Of a DNA stretch of 64,000 bases, positions 30,642 to 40,861 are shown in pieces. The notes beneath the pieces are model-generated. The model saw only the letters and a program-made list of their open reading frames with translations, was not told where the DNA came from and made no database searches. The translations under genes and the position numbers were made by a program. Positions within the stretch are counted from its first letter, which is position 1; each line of letters begins with the position of its first letter. The stretch comes from Burkholderiaceae bacterium (lineage in GTDB: Bacteria; Patescibacteriota; Saccharimonadia; Saccharimonadales; AQU-01): the NCBI GenBank assembly GCA_043788365.1, contig JAYVTZ010000002.1:124032-188031 (forward strand). The letters run 5' to 3'.

Positions 30642-32690
30642 CTAAAGATTAGTGCCATCATGTAAGGCGCTAACCAAACTATCACTAACCTGCTGTAGTG
30701 GTGCGTATAGTGCTGATTTTGCTGGTGATTGTATCCAGCGCTTGGCCAGACCCTCGACCACGTACTGCTGTAACCCAGAACCTTTAATTTCACGCTCGAT
30801 ATTATTGTTGTTTGGCAATAGGTTTAGAAAGCCGTTTGTAACTTGTGGGGTAGTGATAGTACCATTAGCCGTCCAGGAACCCTGAACTTGACCGTCAGGA
30901 TGGAAAGGTCGCTTAGTACCGCCGTCAATAACATATTGCTTGCCAGCCGAGTCATGAACCATAACCCAGCTCCATATTGAAATTATCGGTGTGATACCTT
31001 CTGGCACAATTGCCATTCGCGGTACGGCAGGCGTTAACCCAAGATTTACAGCGTGTTCTGGTGACAACGCATATAGGACTCCGTTATCAACAACAAACAA
31101 CCTAAGATCATTTGGGTAAGCCGAACGCACGAAACGAGTCAGCATATAATAAGGCGCAAACTCTGGCGAAATATCACGGTTCATTTGGATTGCACCCGTA
31201 ATCCCCCATGCATTACCAATATTTTGGTCTATGGTAACAAAAGCCCTACCTTCATTTAACAAATAGTACTTGCCTTGGAATATTGCTTTCGTGCTAGTAA
31301 TATCAGCCGCTTGTCCCATCGCCTGCAAGTAGCCATCCGATATTACTACGTGGTTTTGAGCCGTACCTTCCCAAGCTTTTTGAATATCAGCATTGGCATA
31401 GATATGCTTACTACCACCGTCGACTAGAAATATTGTGTCACTTGTGGCACCTTTAACGGAGTATGACAAATTACCCATATTAGTCGGTACTTGCCCAAGA
31501 CCAACACTGACATCCTGTATTGATGAAGGATTAAAGTTCCAGGCAGCAAGCATGTCAGCGCTTTTTATCCTATAGCAGTTACCACCATCAACGAAATAAA
31601 CATCAAGCGTGCCTGTTGGTCTCATTAGTCGCGTTAAGTCAGCCGCTTGAGGGAAAGAACCAAGGTAAGTACCCGGCCATTGTATTAGGGTAGTGTTCTG
31701 AAGTCCCCAGGCATTAATTATGTCAGCACTTGCTACGTAGCGACGGACGCCACGATAGACCACCCATTGTCGTAAGTCGCCATTATCAGCCGCTGATGTA
31801 ACTAGCGTAAACCCTTCGCCAGTAGTGGCGCCAAAATAAGTTTCAAATATATTTACAAATAATTGGTTGCCGTGAAAATGTGGCGTATAAACATATAAGG
31901 CCGCTGTGGCACCATTATCAAGATGAACAGTTGCATTATCTATGGTAGCCAGGCCGTCAAATGGTGCGGGTGAGGCGCTAGGGCAACGCTTGAATGAACC
32001 CTGAGTCATCAAGAATGAATAACACACCGGGAGGTCGTCAGAATTATCCCAACCAGGAATAACTACCGCCCAGTTTATATTGCCTTTTGAGCGTTGTTCC
32101 CAAAATTTGAGCTTCCAAGTTGCAGTTATTACCTGACGAGAGAAACCTACTGACGTACTCAAATTAACGCATATTCCTGTTACGCCCATCACTGGCACAC
32201 CATTTAAGCTATACAGCTCAAAACCAGAATAATCATGAAGTGTCACGTTGTCTGGACAGGCATTTCCCATAGCCGCAGAATATCTCAAGATACTACAGCC
32301 GCTACCTCCACTCACCAGACCCTCTTCCTTCTCAAGTGTCGTCAGTATTACCTGTGGATTTAAACCATAAACCTGTGCCGCATGATAGATAATCGTCCCG
32401 GCTGACACATCAGCCCCATACTTAAAACCAGTTGATGGCGCGTATCCGATGACATCTGGTGCGGTGAAGCCATTTTTGGTGCTAATACAACTGCTAGGAA
32501 ATCTTGAGCTATTCAAAAACGTATCTATTTGCGTAGCATTCATGGTGCCAGCGCTATCAAAAAGCCAGTCATCAATGATGTTATTAGAAATAAAGGCTGC
32601 TTTGGCGGTGGGCATTTTGTGAACGTTAAATATGACAATACTCAACAATGTTAGGGCGATAAAGATTACTGTCTTGTTCGTGTATCTCAT
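30642..32690 (-). CDS. Secreted protein with an N-terminal GH73/glucosaminidase-like domain and C-terminal ~50-aa repeats
   Basis: Signal peptide. TIIYHAAQVYGLNPQVILTTLEKEEGL resembles the glucosaminidase motif. There are about 5 repeats ending in AWG or AWN. Confidence 0.5.
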   Translation of the reverse strand: MRYTNKTVIFIALTLLSIVIFNVHKMPTAKAAFISNNIIDDWLFDSAGTMNATQIDTFLNSSRFPSSCISTKNGFTAPDVIGYAPSTGFKYGADVSAGTIIYHAAQVYGLNPQVILTTLEKEEGLVSGGSGCSILRYSAAMGNACPDNVTLHDYSGFELYSLNGVPVMGVTGICVNLSTSVGFSRQVITATWKLKFWEQRSKGNINWAVVIPGWDNSDDLPVCYSFLMTQGSFKRCPSASPAPFDGLATIDNATVHLDNGATAALYVYTPHFHGNQLFVNIFETYFGATTGEGFTLVTSAADNGDLRQWVVYRGVRRYVASADIINAWGLQNTTLIQWPGTYLGSFPQAADLTRLMRPTGTLDVYFVDGGNCYRIKSADMLAAWNFNPSSIQDVSVGLGQVPTNMGNLSYSVKGATSDTIFLVDGGSKHIYANADIQKAWEGTAQNHVVISDGYLQAMGQAADITSTKAIFQGKYYLLNEGRAFVTIDQNIGNAWGITGAIQMNRDISPEFAPYYMLTRFVRSAYPNDLRLFVVDNGVLYALSPEHAVNLGLTPAVPRMAIVPEGITPIISIWSWVMVHDSAGKQYVIDGGTKRPFHPDGQVQGSWTANGTITTPQVTNGFLNLLPNNNNIEREIKGSGLQQYVVEGLAKRWIQSPAKSALYAPLQQVSDSLVSALHDGTNL

Positions 32691-33235
32691 GGCTGTATTA
32701 CAAGCTGTACTGAATCGTCAGCAGTCTTAGTTTGATTATTAAGAGTCGCCCTGGCTGTAATCTTCCATGAACCAGGTGTAAGTCCTATGTCTTGTACTAC
32801 CCAGTCCCAATAAACTGTACCCGTACTATCAACTACCTTTGCAGGCAATGACTTGGTGCTGTTATCTTTTGTGAAGACAATCGTACAAGTGGCGCCGGGT
32901 GTCGTGTTGCACACCGACTGCTCATATTTAGTATAAATAGTGCCACTAATGCTTGAGTTATGGCTACTAACAAAATTACCAACTGGTGTAATTAGGTCTG
33001 CGCCGGCACTAGTCGCAGAAGTAGTTTGTTTGTCGTTACTGACAGTGCTGGTTTTAGCCACATCACTGGTTTTGCTAGTATTCGGCGCTGTCTCCTGCGG
33101 CTTAGGAGCAGTAACGCTTGGTGTTGTTTTTGCTTTTGAATTACTATACTGCAACAAAATAATTAGACCGGCAAAAAAAACTAAGATAAGTAGTGTGACT
33201 TTTAATTTGGTTGTTTTGTTTTTACGTTTTTTCAT
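32687..33235 (-). CDS. Small secreted Ser/Thr-rich protein
   Basis: Signal/transmembrane N-terminus (LLILVFFAGLIILL). Overlaps the upstream gene by 4 nt. Confidence 0.45.
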   Translation of the reverse strand: MKKRKNKTTKLKVTLLILVFFAGLIILLQYSNSKAKTTPSVTAPKPQETAPNTSKTSDVAKTSTVSNDKQTTSATSAGADLITPVGNFVSSHNSSISGTIYTKYEQSVCNTTPGATCTIVFTKDNSTKSLPAKVVDSTGTVYWDWVVQDIGLTPGSWKITARATLNNQTKTADDSVQLVIQP

Positions 33236-33308
33236 GTCTTTATTTTACCAACTAATGCTATATATTATAGCCTCATAACTCCTAGATGTAAATAATCAGC
33301 TAGTGTTA

Positions 33309-33995
33309 CTAAGGTAGAGGAGTGGTCTGGTCGACTACAAATTTCAGCGTGCGTACAAAGTCATCAAATTCGGTAGTGCGGTCTTGTAGTTTACTGCCGG
33401 TATAGTGAGTATAGTTTATCTCAAAAAACCTACCTGTATTTGTTGGGAATTCGTAAGTTACACTGATTCTAGGTAGTGCGATTACTGATGTGTTTTCTTT
33501 CAGATGTATGCCCTGTTGACGAATGCCGTGTTTGCCACCAATGATAACGTCGTCACACTTATATTCGTTGGCCGGGAATTCATCATTACTATTTTCCCTC
33601 CTTATAAGCGTTTGGGCGCAACTCTCTGGATTGATAAAGTTTAAGTTTCTAACTATTACTCCAATATATCCACTGTCCGCCGGACCAGTACTACTTGACT
33701 CACAACTATTAATAGGACTATCGGGAATAATTAAAGAGTTTGTGCCCTTCTGGCAAGCCAACTCACTCCAGCCCACAGGCAAAATATATGGTTTAACAAA
33801 ATCTGAAGGATCTGGTATGGTGTCGTCTGCTCCTACTCTGACCAATGCTCTACCAGCAGCTTGTGCCTGCTTATTAATCTTATCGTTATTTCTGGCCGAA
33901 CCAACCAAGCGCCAACTGACTAGGGCCAAAAGGACAAATATGGCAACCAGAGCTAAAATACTCTTCGCATTAGTGTCAGTTTTACTACTCTTCAT
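33309..33995 (-). CDS. Secreted hypothetical protein
   Basis: N-terminal transmembrane or signal peptide. 228 aa. Confidence 0.45.
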   Translation of the reverse strand: MKSSKTDTNAKSILALVAIFVLLALVSWRLVGSARNNDKINKQAQAAGRALVRVGADDTIPDPSDFVKPYILPVGWSELACQKGTNSLIIPDSPINSCESSSTGPADSGYIGVIVRNLNFINPESCAQTLIRRENSNDEFPANEYKCDDVIIGGKHGIRQQGIHLKENTSVIALPRISVTYEFPTNTGRFFEINYTHYTGSKLQDRTTEFDDFVRTLKFVVDQTTPLP

Positions 33996-34015
33996 CGTAT
34001 TGCCTCCTTGTTCGA

Positions 34016-35905
34016 TTAATCAGGATGTACCGCTAGACCAAAGTTTGAGCTCAAGATATAGAAGTTCTTGTTGTAGTATGGGTCGTAGTCAATTTCTTTC
34101 TTCCACTTCTTTCGTATAAGTACAGCTGATTTATTAAGCTCAGTCATGTCTCTGTTCTCACTTACACGGCCGACAGATATAGATTCGTGATGAAAAAGTT
34201 CAACATTAGGCAAGTAGATATTTTTATAGCCTGCTTTCCTAAATTTTAGACACAAATCTACGTCATTAAAAGTCACTCTATAAATTGGGTCAAAGCCGCC
34301 TACTTCTTTAAATTTTTTGGCTGAGACCATCAAACATGCAGCCGTCACTGCCGTGATATCACGTACAGTGTCGGTATACACGGAGGTAAGGAAGTCATTA
34401 TGTTTATAGTCGGTAAAAATCCCAAGATGACCAGCTACGGGCTCTTTGCTGCCAATTCCTACGGCCACGCCAGCGTGCTGAAGTTGCATACTAGGATAAA
34501 GGAGTTTTACGCCAACGGCTGCTACATCTTCTTTCTGCGCGTATGCCAACATATCGCCCAGCCAATCAGGACTGATAATCTCAGTATCATTATTTAACAT
34601 AACCAGGTATTCGCCATTTGCTTTACTGGCTCCAAAGTTACAGGCATCGGAGTAATTAAAGGGTTGTTTTGGCCAGTTAACAATCTTTAGCCTATCGCTG
34701 TCTATCGATTTTTTTAATAACTTGTAGTATTTCTTAGTCGAGTCCTCAACCGACCCAGTGTCGACAATAATTATTTCAAAATTATCGTAGGTGGTCTTTT
34801 CCATGACGGTGCTTATGCAGCGCTTCAAATAATCAACTTTATCTTTGGTCGGTATGACTAGTGAAATTAATGGTTTATTGCTTAGCTTAAATTTTGATAT
34901 CCATGAGCCAGAAATCACACCAGCCCCTAACTCACTCACCTCTTGTTTAGTTCGCTCCATGTGAGCAATGATTGCCTGTTCTTGACTCTTTAGAGCATAG
35001 TCCTTGTTGTTCATATTAAGTGCCGTGGAGTTTGCGTGTGCGCGCCAACTGTAAAGAATGGTAGGTATATGGTAGATTTTTTCTGTTTTTTCAGTTACTC
35101 GGAAGAATAAGTCCCAATCCTGCGCACCTACTAAGTTTTTGTCAAAGCCGCCGACAGACCGAACTAACTCAGTGCGAATTACGCTTAAATGAGTTATATA
35201 ATTAATACATTCAAGTAAGTGTGGGCTCCAGTCGGGCTTAAAAAATGGTGCAAAATGTACTAGTCCGTTGTCTTCAACCTTATCTTCGTCACTATATATA
35301 AAATCTGCATCTTTATGCTCCTGTAGAAGCTTGGCAACTTCAAAGAGAGCATTTGGCCACAACAAATCATCATGATCAAGCAAAGCAATAAATTCACCGT
35401 CGGCTAACCTAATGGCCTCATTACTAGAAACGCTAATATGACCATTACGTCTTGATGTTTTTAATATTATCCTTGGGTCTTGTCTCTTGTCGTATTCCTT
35501 TAGACATTTTATAGTCTCACTACTCGTAGAAGCGTCGTCAACGATGCATAGCTGCCAGTTTGAATAGGACTGAGCGATTACCGAGTCAAGACAGGCTTTA
35601 AGATGGTCAGGGCTCGTGTTATAAACCGGTACTATAATAGATATTAGAGGCTTATATTTAAAGTCTGTAGATTGTTGCCGCTGTTCGGCTAAAATGTTTG
35701 CTGTCGGGTAGTTCATCGGCAGCCATCTGTTAAACTCATGTATGCGCTGTAGTTCGAGCCTGAGAGCCCTTACTTCACGTGCCCATTCTTCGCCACTATC
35801 TACCAGGGCTTGTATCTCTGCACGTGCACTTTGCTGCTGCCAGTGCAAGCTGCTTCGCTTAATAAGTGGCGAGATGGACTTGGCCTTTTTTATTGGATTA
35901 TTCAT
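34016..35905 (-). CDS. Tandem two-domain GT2 glycosyltransferase (rhamnosyltransferase-like)
   Basis: Two GT-A modules (SIIVPVYNTS...DD and SLVIPTKDKV...D.G) in 629 aa. Confidence 0.75.
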   Translation of the reverse strand: MNNPIKKAKSISPLIKRSSLHWQQQSARAEIQALVDSGEEWAREVRALRLELQRIHEFNRWLPMNYPTANILAEQRQQSTDFKYKPLISIIVPVYNTSPDHLKACLDSVIAQSYSNWQLCIVDDASTSSETIKCLKEYDKRQDPRIILKTSRRNGHISVSSNEAIRLADGEFIALLDHDDLLWPNALFEVAKLLQEHKDADFIYSDEDKVEDNGLVHFAPFFKPDWSPHLLECINYITHLSVIRTELVRSVGGFDKNLVGAQDWDLFFRVTEKTEKIYHIPTILYSWRAHANSTALNMNNKDYALKSQEQAIIAHMERTKQEVSELGAGVISGSWISKFKLSNKPLISLVIPTKDKVDYLKRCISTVMEKTTYDNFEIIIVDTGSVEDSTKKYYKLLKKSIDSDRLKIVNWPKQPFNYSDACNFGASKANGEYLVMLNNDTEIISPDWLGDMLAYAQKEDVAAVGVKLLYPSMQLQHAGVAVGIGSKEPVAGHLGIFTDYKHNDFLTSVYTDTVRDITAVTAACLMVSAKKFKEVGGFDPIYRVTFNDVDLCLKFRKAGYKNIYLPNVELFHHESISVGRVSENRDMTELNKSAVLIRKKWKKEIDYDPYYNKNFYILSSNFGLAVHPD

Positions 35906-36777
35906 AGTAGGGCCAGTATTGCGTCAGTCAGTAGTGAAAATATTGGGGTAAGTTTAGCATTAAAAGCGTCTGGTTCTGGCTTGATGTCTATCTCATGTTT
36001 CTTACTACCGAGCAAAAAGGTTCTGTATCCGGTCTCTGAGAAATCATTTGTCATGATATTTTCTAAGTAATATTGATTTAGTGCTTCGATTCGATCAACA
36101 AACTCGGGTTTGTTTTGGTCAAGCAAAAATCCGGCGCGTGTGACTAGCTGCCAGTGATCTAGGGCAGTATGTGAGAAGTGTCCAGTTTTAAGCTTAGAGC
36201 TACGTAGAGCCGAATGGGCGTCCCTAATGTCTGGCAGAGTGTCTTGCAAATGTTCAATTAGCCAACGATGATCTTCGCCAGTCATTTTCTTGTAAAAGTT
36301 ATTAGCCTCTATCTCTGCGTCGCGGACACCTGGCAGATTAAATGGCGCCGCTACAATGATTAGATCGTTTGTGACTCTGGCTGACTCTTTCAGAAAAGTC
36401 TCTCTATCTTGCTTGGGTATATGTTCAAGCACATCACAAGAAATTACCGCATCAAAACTTCTATCGGCAAAAGGCATTGCCAGCGCACTACCTTGTACAT
36501 AGTTAAGCGCTTTATTTTTGTTAGGTAATATATCAATGATGGTCAGGTCAACATCAATGAACTTAGTTATTAGGCTACCAGAGCCGCCAACGTCGAGTAT
36601 TTTCAGTTTCTTTATGCCTTGATGAGACTGATATGCTTCAAGTATTGATGATTGTAGTAAATATCGACTTACAAACGTAGGATCGGCTCCCGAATAATCA
36701 CTTGCAACTACTTTTTTTCTAGCTAATAGTCCACTTGGGCTCAACGTAAACATAACCGTGCCTTTCTTTACCAACAA
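35902..36777 (-). CDS. Class I SAM-dependent methyltransferase
   Basis: ILDVGGSGSL motif I and DAVISCDVLEHI motif. Start probably at the internal Met (MFTL...). Confidence 0.65.
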   Translation of the reverse strand: MLVKKGTVMFTLSPSGLLARKKVVASDYSGADPTFVSRYLLQSSILEAYQSHQGIKKLKILDVGGSGSLITKFIDVDLTIIDILPNKNKALNYVQGSALAMPFADRSFDAVISCDVLEHIPKQDRETFLKESARVTNDLIIVAAPFNLPGVRDAEIEANNFYKKMTGEDHRWLIEHLQDTLPDIRDAHSALRSSKLKTGHFSHTALDHWQLVTRAGFLLDQNKPEFVDRIEALNQYYLENIMTNDFSETGYRTFLLGSKKHEIDIKPEPDAFNAKLTPIFSLLTDAILALL

Positions 36778-37930
36778 ATGTTATGGCATTTTTTAAACTT
36801 ATGTAGTCATGACTGCTTGTTTGGTTATCATTAAATAACCCCGCTTCGATTGTATATGAACCTGGTGAAAAAACATTATTTTCGACCTGAAGAGTTATCT
36901 TGCCCTTACCTTTATGCATCGTGATTGGTAGCTTGGCCTCCTTGGTATTTGGGCCATATATGCTGTCGTTCTTATTATTTTTGATAGCAAAACCAAACAC
37001 TATGTCTTCTAGGTCGTCGTAAGCTTCATATTTGAATTCTACCGAAAATGGATTTCCGGAGCTAATGATGTTATCTAACTCGCCGTTCGTATCTTTGACT
37101 TCAACTTTAGTTATCCGTACTTTGCCCGTACCTGGTCGATTATTCTTACCCTCTAGTTTTGTCGAGTCAGTCTGCGATACTTCAACCATATCAGGAAAAT
37201 TTAGCTTCTTATATTCAATCGCCGCCCGCTCCGCTACGCCGATGTATTGAACCTTGCTATCGTGAATCACTAGAACTCGATCACAAAACTGTTGAACGGT
37301 TTGCATATCATGACTAACAAAAATAATTGTTTTGGTTTTGTCTTTCTTCATTTGATCAAAAACATTTAAACACTTGCGTTGAAACCTTTCGTCTCCTACG
37401 GCTAAGACTTCGTCTATTAGTAAAATGTCATTATGGGCCTGCATGGCGATAGAAAACGCTAAGCGGACCTGCATGCCTGAGGAATAGTTTTTGAGTTTTT
37501 GGTCCATGAATTTTTCGAGTTCAGCAAATTCAACAATCTCGTCATATTTTTGTAATACTTCTTTTTTGGTTAGACCAAGGATGGCGCCATTTAAAAAGAC
37601 GTTATCACGACCAGTCAGCTCTGGATTGAAGCCAATGCCAAGCTCAATGAAAGGTGTTAGTGTGCCATTGACAGTAACTTTGCCGTCAGTTGGTTGGTAT
37701 ATGCCGCCAATTATCTTGAGTAGCGTACTCTTGCCGCTACCATTACGACCGACAATCCCGAAGAACTCACCTTTTTTGACCTCAACATCGATATCTTTTA
37801 AGGCATGAAAGCTCTCAAAGGTTTGCTTCTTAAAACTAAGCGCGTGTTCTTTTAGTGAATTGCGCTTATCGTGTGGTAGCCTAAAATCCTTAGAGACATG
37901 ACTAATTGAAACGGCTACATTGTCGTCCAT
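36719..37930 (-). CDS. wzt: ABC transporter ATP-binding protein, Wzt-type, with a C-terminal carbohydrate-binding extension
   Basis: GIVGRNGSGKSTLL Walker A, LSGGMQ-like YSSGMQVRLAF signature, LLIDEVLAVGD Walker B. About 150 extra C-terminal residues. Confidence 0.85.
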   Translation of the reverse strand: MDDNVAVSISHVSKDFRLPHDKRNSLKEHALSFKKQTFESFHALKDIDVEVKKGEFFGIVGRNGSGKSTLLKIIGGIYQPTDGKVTVNGTLTPFIELGIGFNPELTGRDNVFLNGAILGLTKKEVLQKYDEIVEFAELEKFMDQKLKNYSSGMQVRLAFSIAMQAHNDILLIDEVLAVGDERFQRKCLNVFDQMKKDKTKTIIFVSHDMQTVQQFCDRVLVIHDSKVQYIGVAERAAIEYKKLNFPDMVEVSQTDSTKLEGKNNRPGTGKVRITKVEVKDTNGELDNIISSGNPFSVEFKYEAYDDLEDIVFGFAIKNNKNDSIYGPNTKEAKLPITMHKGKGKITLQVENNVFSPGSYTIEAGLFNDNQTSSHDYISLKNAITFVGKERHGYVYVEPKWTIS

Positions 37931-38734
37931 CTATAGATCCTCCGCAAAATAGGGCGCATTCTTACGGAAGTAAAGGCCGCCAACTATACAAATTACTATT
38001 ATTATTCCAAAGGGAATTAAGCGATAAACGTGTGAACCATAAAGCGTCGATATAGTAAGGGTTTTGGGTGTTATTAGCACTGAGCGCAAATCCTGAATGA
38101 TTTGGGCGATTGGGCTGATGATGAGAATCTTGGCGGTTCTAACTGGTGGCAGCCGTAAGTCATAAATAATTGGTGTTCCGTAAAACAACGCCTGTAGTAC
38201 AACTTCCCAGATGTTGCTAAAGTCACGATATTTAACAAATAATGCCGAAAGTAGAAATGCTATGCCTAGGCTAAGAGCGACTAGTTCAACAATTAAAAGT
38301 GGCGCCAGTAGAGCATTGATTCTCAGTGGCACCCCATTAAGAACCATAAATATGAATACTACGACCATGTTAAGTGAAAAATTAACGAAGGCCGATAGGG
38401 TCGTACTGACTACAATGACATATTTTGAAATACTAACTTTCCTGACTAAATCCCCCCGCCCCGTTATGGCATTTAAGCCACTCATTGTTGACTCAACAAA
38501 AAATGTCCAGACTACAATTCCAAGCAACAAATAAGCTGGATAGTGCGGTATGTTTTTACCGACTTTAAAAACTTGAGTGAACACAACATATAGCACTCCG
38601 AATAGTAGCAATGGCCGTAATAATGACCACAGGTAGCCAAGGACCGAGTTTTTGTACCTCAGCTTAAAATCACTGATAACCATCTCTCGCACTAGGCTGA
38701 TATTGCTTGGTCCAAACATTCGTTTCAAATTCAT
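37931..38734 (-). CDS. wzm: ABC-2 type polysaccharide export permease
   Basis: 267 aa with six transmembrane helices, immediately upstream of wzt. Confidence 0.8.
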   Translation of the reverse strand: MNLKRMFGPSNISLVREMVISDFKLRYKNSVLGYLWSLLRPLLLFGVLYVVFTQVFKVGKNIPHYPAYLLLGIVVWTFFVESTMSGLNAITGRGDLVRKVSISKYVIVVSTTLSAFVNFSLNMVVVFIFMVLNGVPLRINALLAPLLIVELVALSLGIAFLLSALFVKYRDFSNIWEVVLQALFYGTPIIYDLRLPPVRTAKILIISPIAQIIQDLRSVLITPKTLTISTLYGSHVYRLIPFGIIIVICIVGGLYFRKNAPYFAEDL

Positions 38735-38739
38735 AGGGC

Positions 38740-40788
38740 CTACTCCACTTCCTTAAAGAATTTTTCGGCCTTGTTAGTTATAGCGTTCCATCTGTAGTTC
38801 TTAACTGTTTTCAGAGCCTCCGCGGCGAGTCTTGCTCTTAGTTTATCATCCGCTAGTAACTTAGCCATGGCATTCTTCAATCCTTCGGCGTCATTCTGTT
38901 CGACTATTAGGCAGTTCTTACCATCAAAACAGAAGTCGCGGTTGCCATGAGCGTCGGTACAGATTACCGGACAGCCGGCTGCCATGGCCTCAAGAATTGG
39001 TAAACAAAAACCTTCATGAATTGAAGTTTGAACGAAGATTGTGGCTTTGTTATAAAGCTCATTCACTTCTTCGTTGGTCGGCTTGGTGAAATACTTAATT
39101 TTCGAGTCGCGTCGGGCAAGTTCTGGCTCGGCACCAAACAGCCATAGGTCGGGACGACTATCGCCAATTGCCTTCCAGCCCTTTAAGGTCATCTCAAGAT
39201 TCTTCTGAAAGAAGCTTCGGCCCACACCTAAGATTGTGTTCTTTTCACGCTTAACGCCTGGAATTTGTTTATATATCGTATCTTCGTAGCCACACGGCAG
39301 TAGGGTCGCATCAAGGCCAATTGCTCGAAGTTCGTCTAAGTTATAGGAAGAAATTGTCAGATTTCTAAATTCTTTGCGATAGCACGATACAACCGAAGCC
39401 TGAGCAACAACATCGTCTGGATAGAACCAGGTCTCAAATTCAGATATAAAGTAGACTGGTATTCCGGTGTTAACTGATGCCAGCCAGACCGGGAAGGCAG
39501 TCTCCCACCAAGTTGCAACCTTGATTGCTTCTTCTTTGCTAAGCGCCAGAATTAATCTTTCATAGTTCTTGAAAGTTCTAATTTTAAGACCATCGTCAGT
39601 GTGCCATGGTGACGGGTCTTTATCTAGACCCCATATTTCAACAGAAAATCCTCTTAAAAATAGCCGATTAGCAAGCTCGAATATATTCTTAATACCACCG
39701 CTAAGTCCGAAAGCCTGCAAAACAAAAATTATTTTGCGTTTGCCTGCCGCGTCTGTGACTTTGCGCTTATCAAACCACTTACCCCATTTCTTCCAGAAGT
39801 AATCTATTGATTGTTGCTGTTTGGCTGTAATCGAAACATTTTTTGCTCTAGTGGCAGATTCGACATGGGTGAGGGTTGAGGCCGGGAAATAAAGTGTACG
39901 GTAACCCGCCTGCCAACCGCGCAACGAAATATCGACATCTTCAAAAGCAAACTGAAATTCCTCGTCCAAAATACCAACGTAGTCCATAAACTCGCGTTTT
40001 AGATATAAACACGCCCCTGTTACCGCCATGGTGTAATGGGGTATGTTGGCTGGACCATAGTTGGCCTCTTGGAAACGATAATAGTGGTCGAACCATTTAG
40101 GTGAATCTGTGTTGCGATGACTGCCGCCACTCTGAATACGACCATCCGGATAAAGCAGTTTTGGCCCAACGATGCCCGTATCAGTACCAAATTCGTAAGC
40201 ACCAAACTGCAAGGCCTCGAGCCAACCAGGGTGTGCCACGATATCACTATTAACCAAAATGGCATCGTGTTTTTTATTGACCGCTTTCAGGCCCGTATTT
40301 ACTGCTTTAGCAAAGCCGCCATTTTTCTCTCTATAAATTACACTGATTTGGTCGTCTTCAAGTTTTTTCAAAAACTTTCGGCTTGAGGGCTGGCAATAGT
40401 CATCGACAATAATAATTTTGACGTGAGAGGGGTCAGTCGTCTCTTTTAGACTTTGAATGCATGGCACCAACACTACTTCGTCGTTGTAGCTTGGGATAAT
40501 AATCGTAACTGGTTTGGCGCTATGCTTGTACCAATCTTCTATAGCATGTTTATCTACGCCAGTTGTTAGCCCGTTAGGAAAAGCTAAGTTACTGCCTAGC
40601 CTTCTGTCTATACTCACTAGTTCTTTTTTAATTTGGCGGACTAGTGACTTCGGGCCATTCTTGATACCAAAAGCTCCAACCGACACTGCTATCGATAGTG
40701 GTGACCTACCCTTATATTTAAAATCACCGCGAAGAATTTTCCTCGTGGCTTTCTTGCTAACGTTTAATACAATTTTGGCTTTGTTCAT
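38740..40788 (-). CDS. Bifunctional glycosyltransferase (N-terminal GT2 + C-terminal GT4)
   Basis: IIIPSYNDEVVLV...VDD GT2 region, and a C-terminal EGFCLPILEAMAAGCPVICTD GT4 region. 682 aa. Confidence 0.75.
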   Translation of the reverse strand: MNKAKIVLNVSKKATRKILRGDFKYKGRSPLSIAVSVGAFGIKNGPKSLVRQIKKELVSIDRRLGSNLAFPNGLTTGVDKHAIEDWYKHSAKPVTIIIPSYNDEVVLVPCIQSLKETTDPSHVKIIIVDDYCQPSSRKFLKKLEDDQISVIYREKNGGFAKAVNTGLKAVNKKHDAILVNSDIVAHPGWLEALQFGAYEFGTDTGIVGPKLLYPDGRIQSGGSHRNTDSPKWFDHYYRFQEANYGPANIPHYTMAVTGACLYLKREFMDYVGILDEEFQFAFEDVDISLRGWQAGYRTLYFPASTLTHVESATRAKNVSITAKQQQSIDYFWKKWGKWFDKRKVTDAAGKRKIIFVLQAFGLSGGIKNIFELANRLFLRGFSVEIWGLDKDPSPWHTDDGLKIRTFKNYERLILALSKEEAIKVATWWETAFPVWLASVNTGIPVYFISEFETWFYPDDVVAQASVVSCYRKEFRNLTISSYNLDELRAIGLDATLLPCGYEDTIYKQIPGVKREKNTILGVGRSFFQKNLEMTLKGWKAIGDSRPDLWLFGAEPELARRDSKIKYFTKPTNEEVNELYNKATIFVQTSIHEGFCLPILEAMAAGCPVICTDAHGNRDFCFDGKNCLIVEQNDAEGLKNAMAKLLADDKLRARLAAEALKTVKNYRWNAITNKAEKFFKEVE

Positions 40789-40861
40789 AAAATAACTCTA
40801 TAAATTTTATCATAATTTTGGCGGTTTATCGGTGTAAAATTATACTTTAAGGTACAATTAG

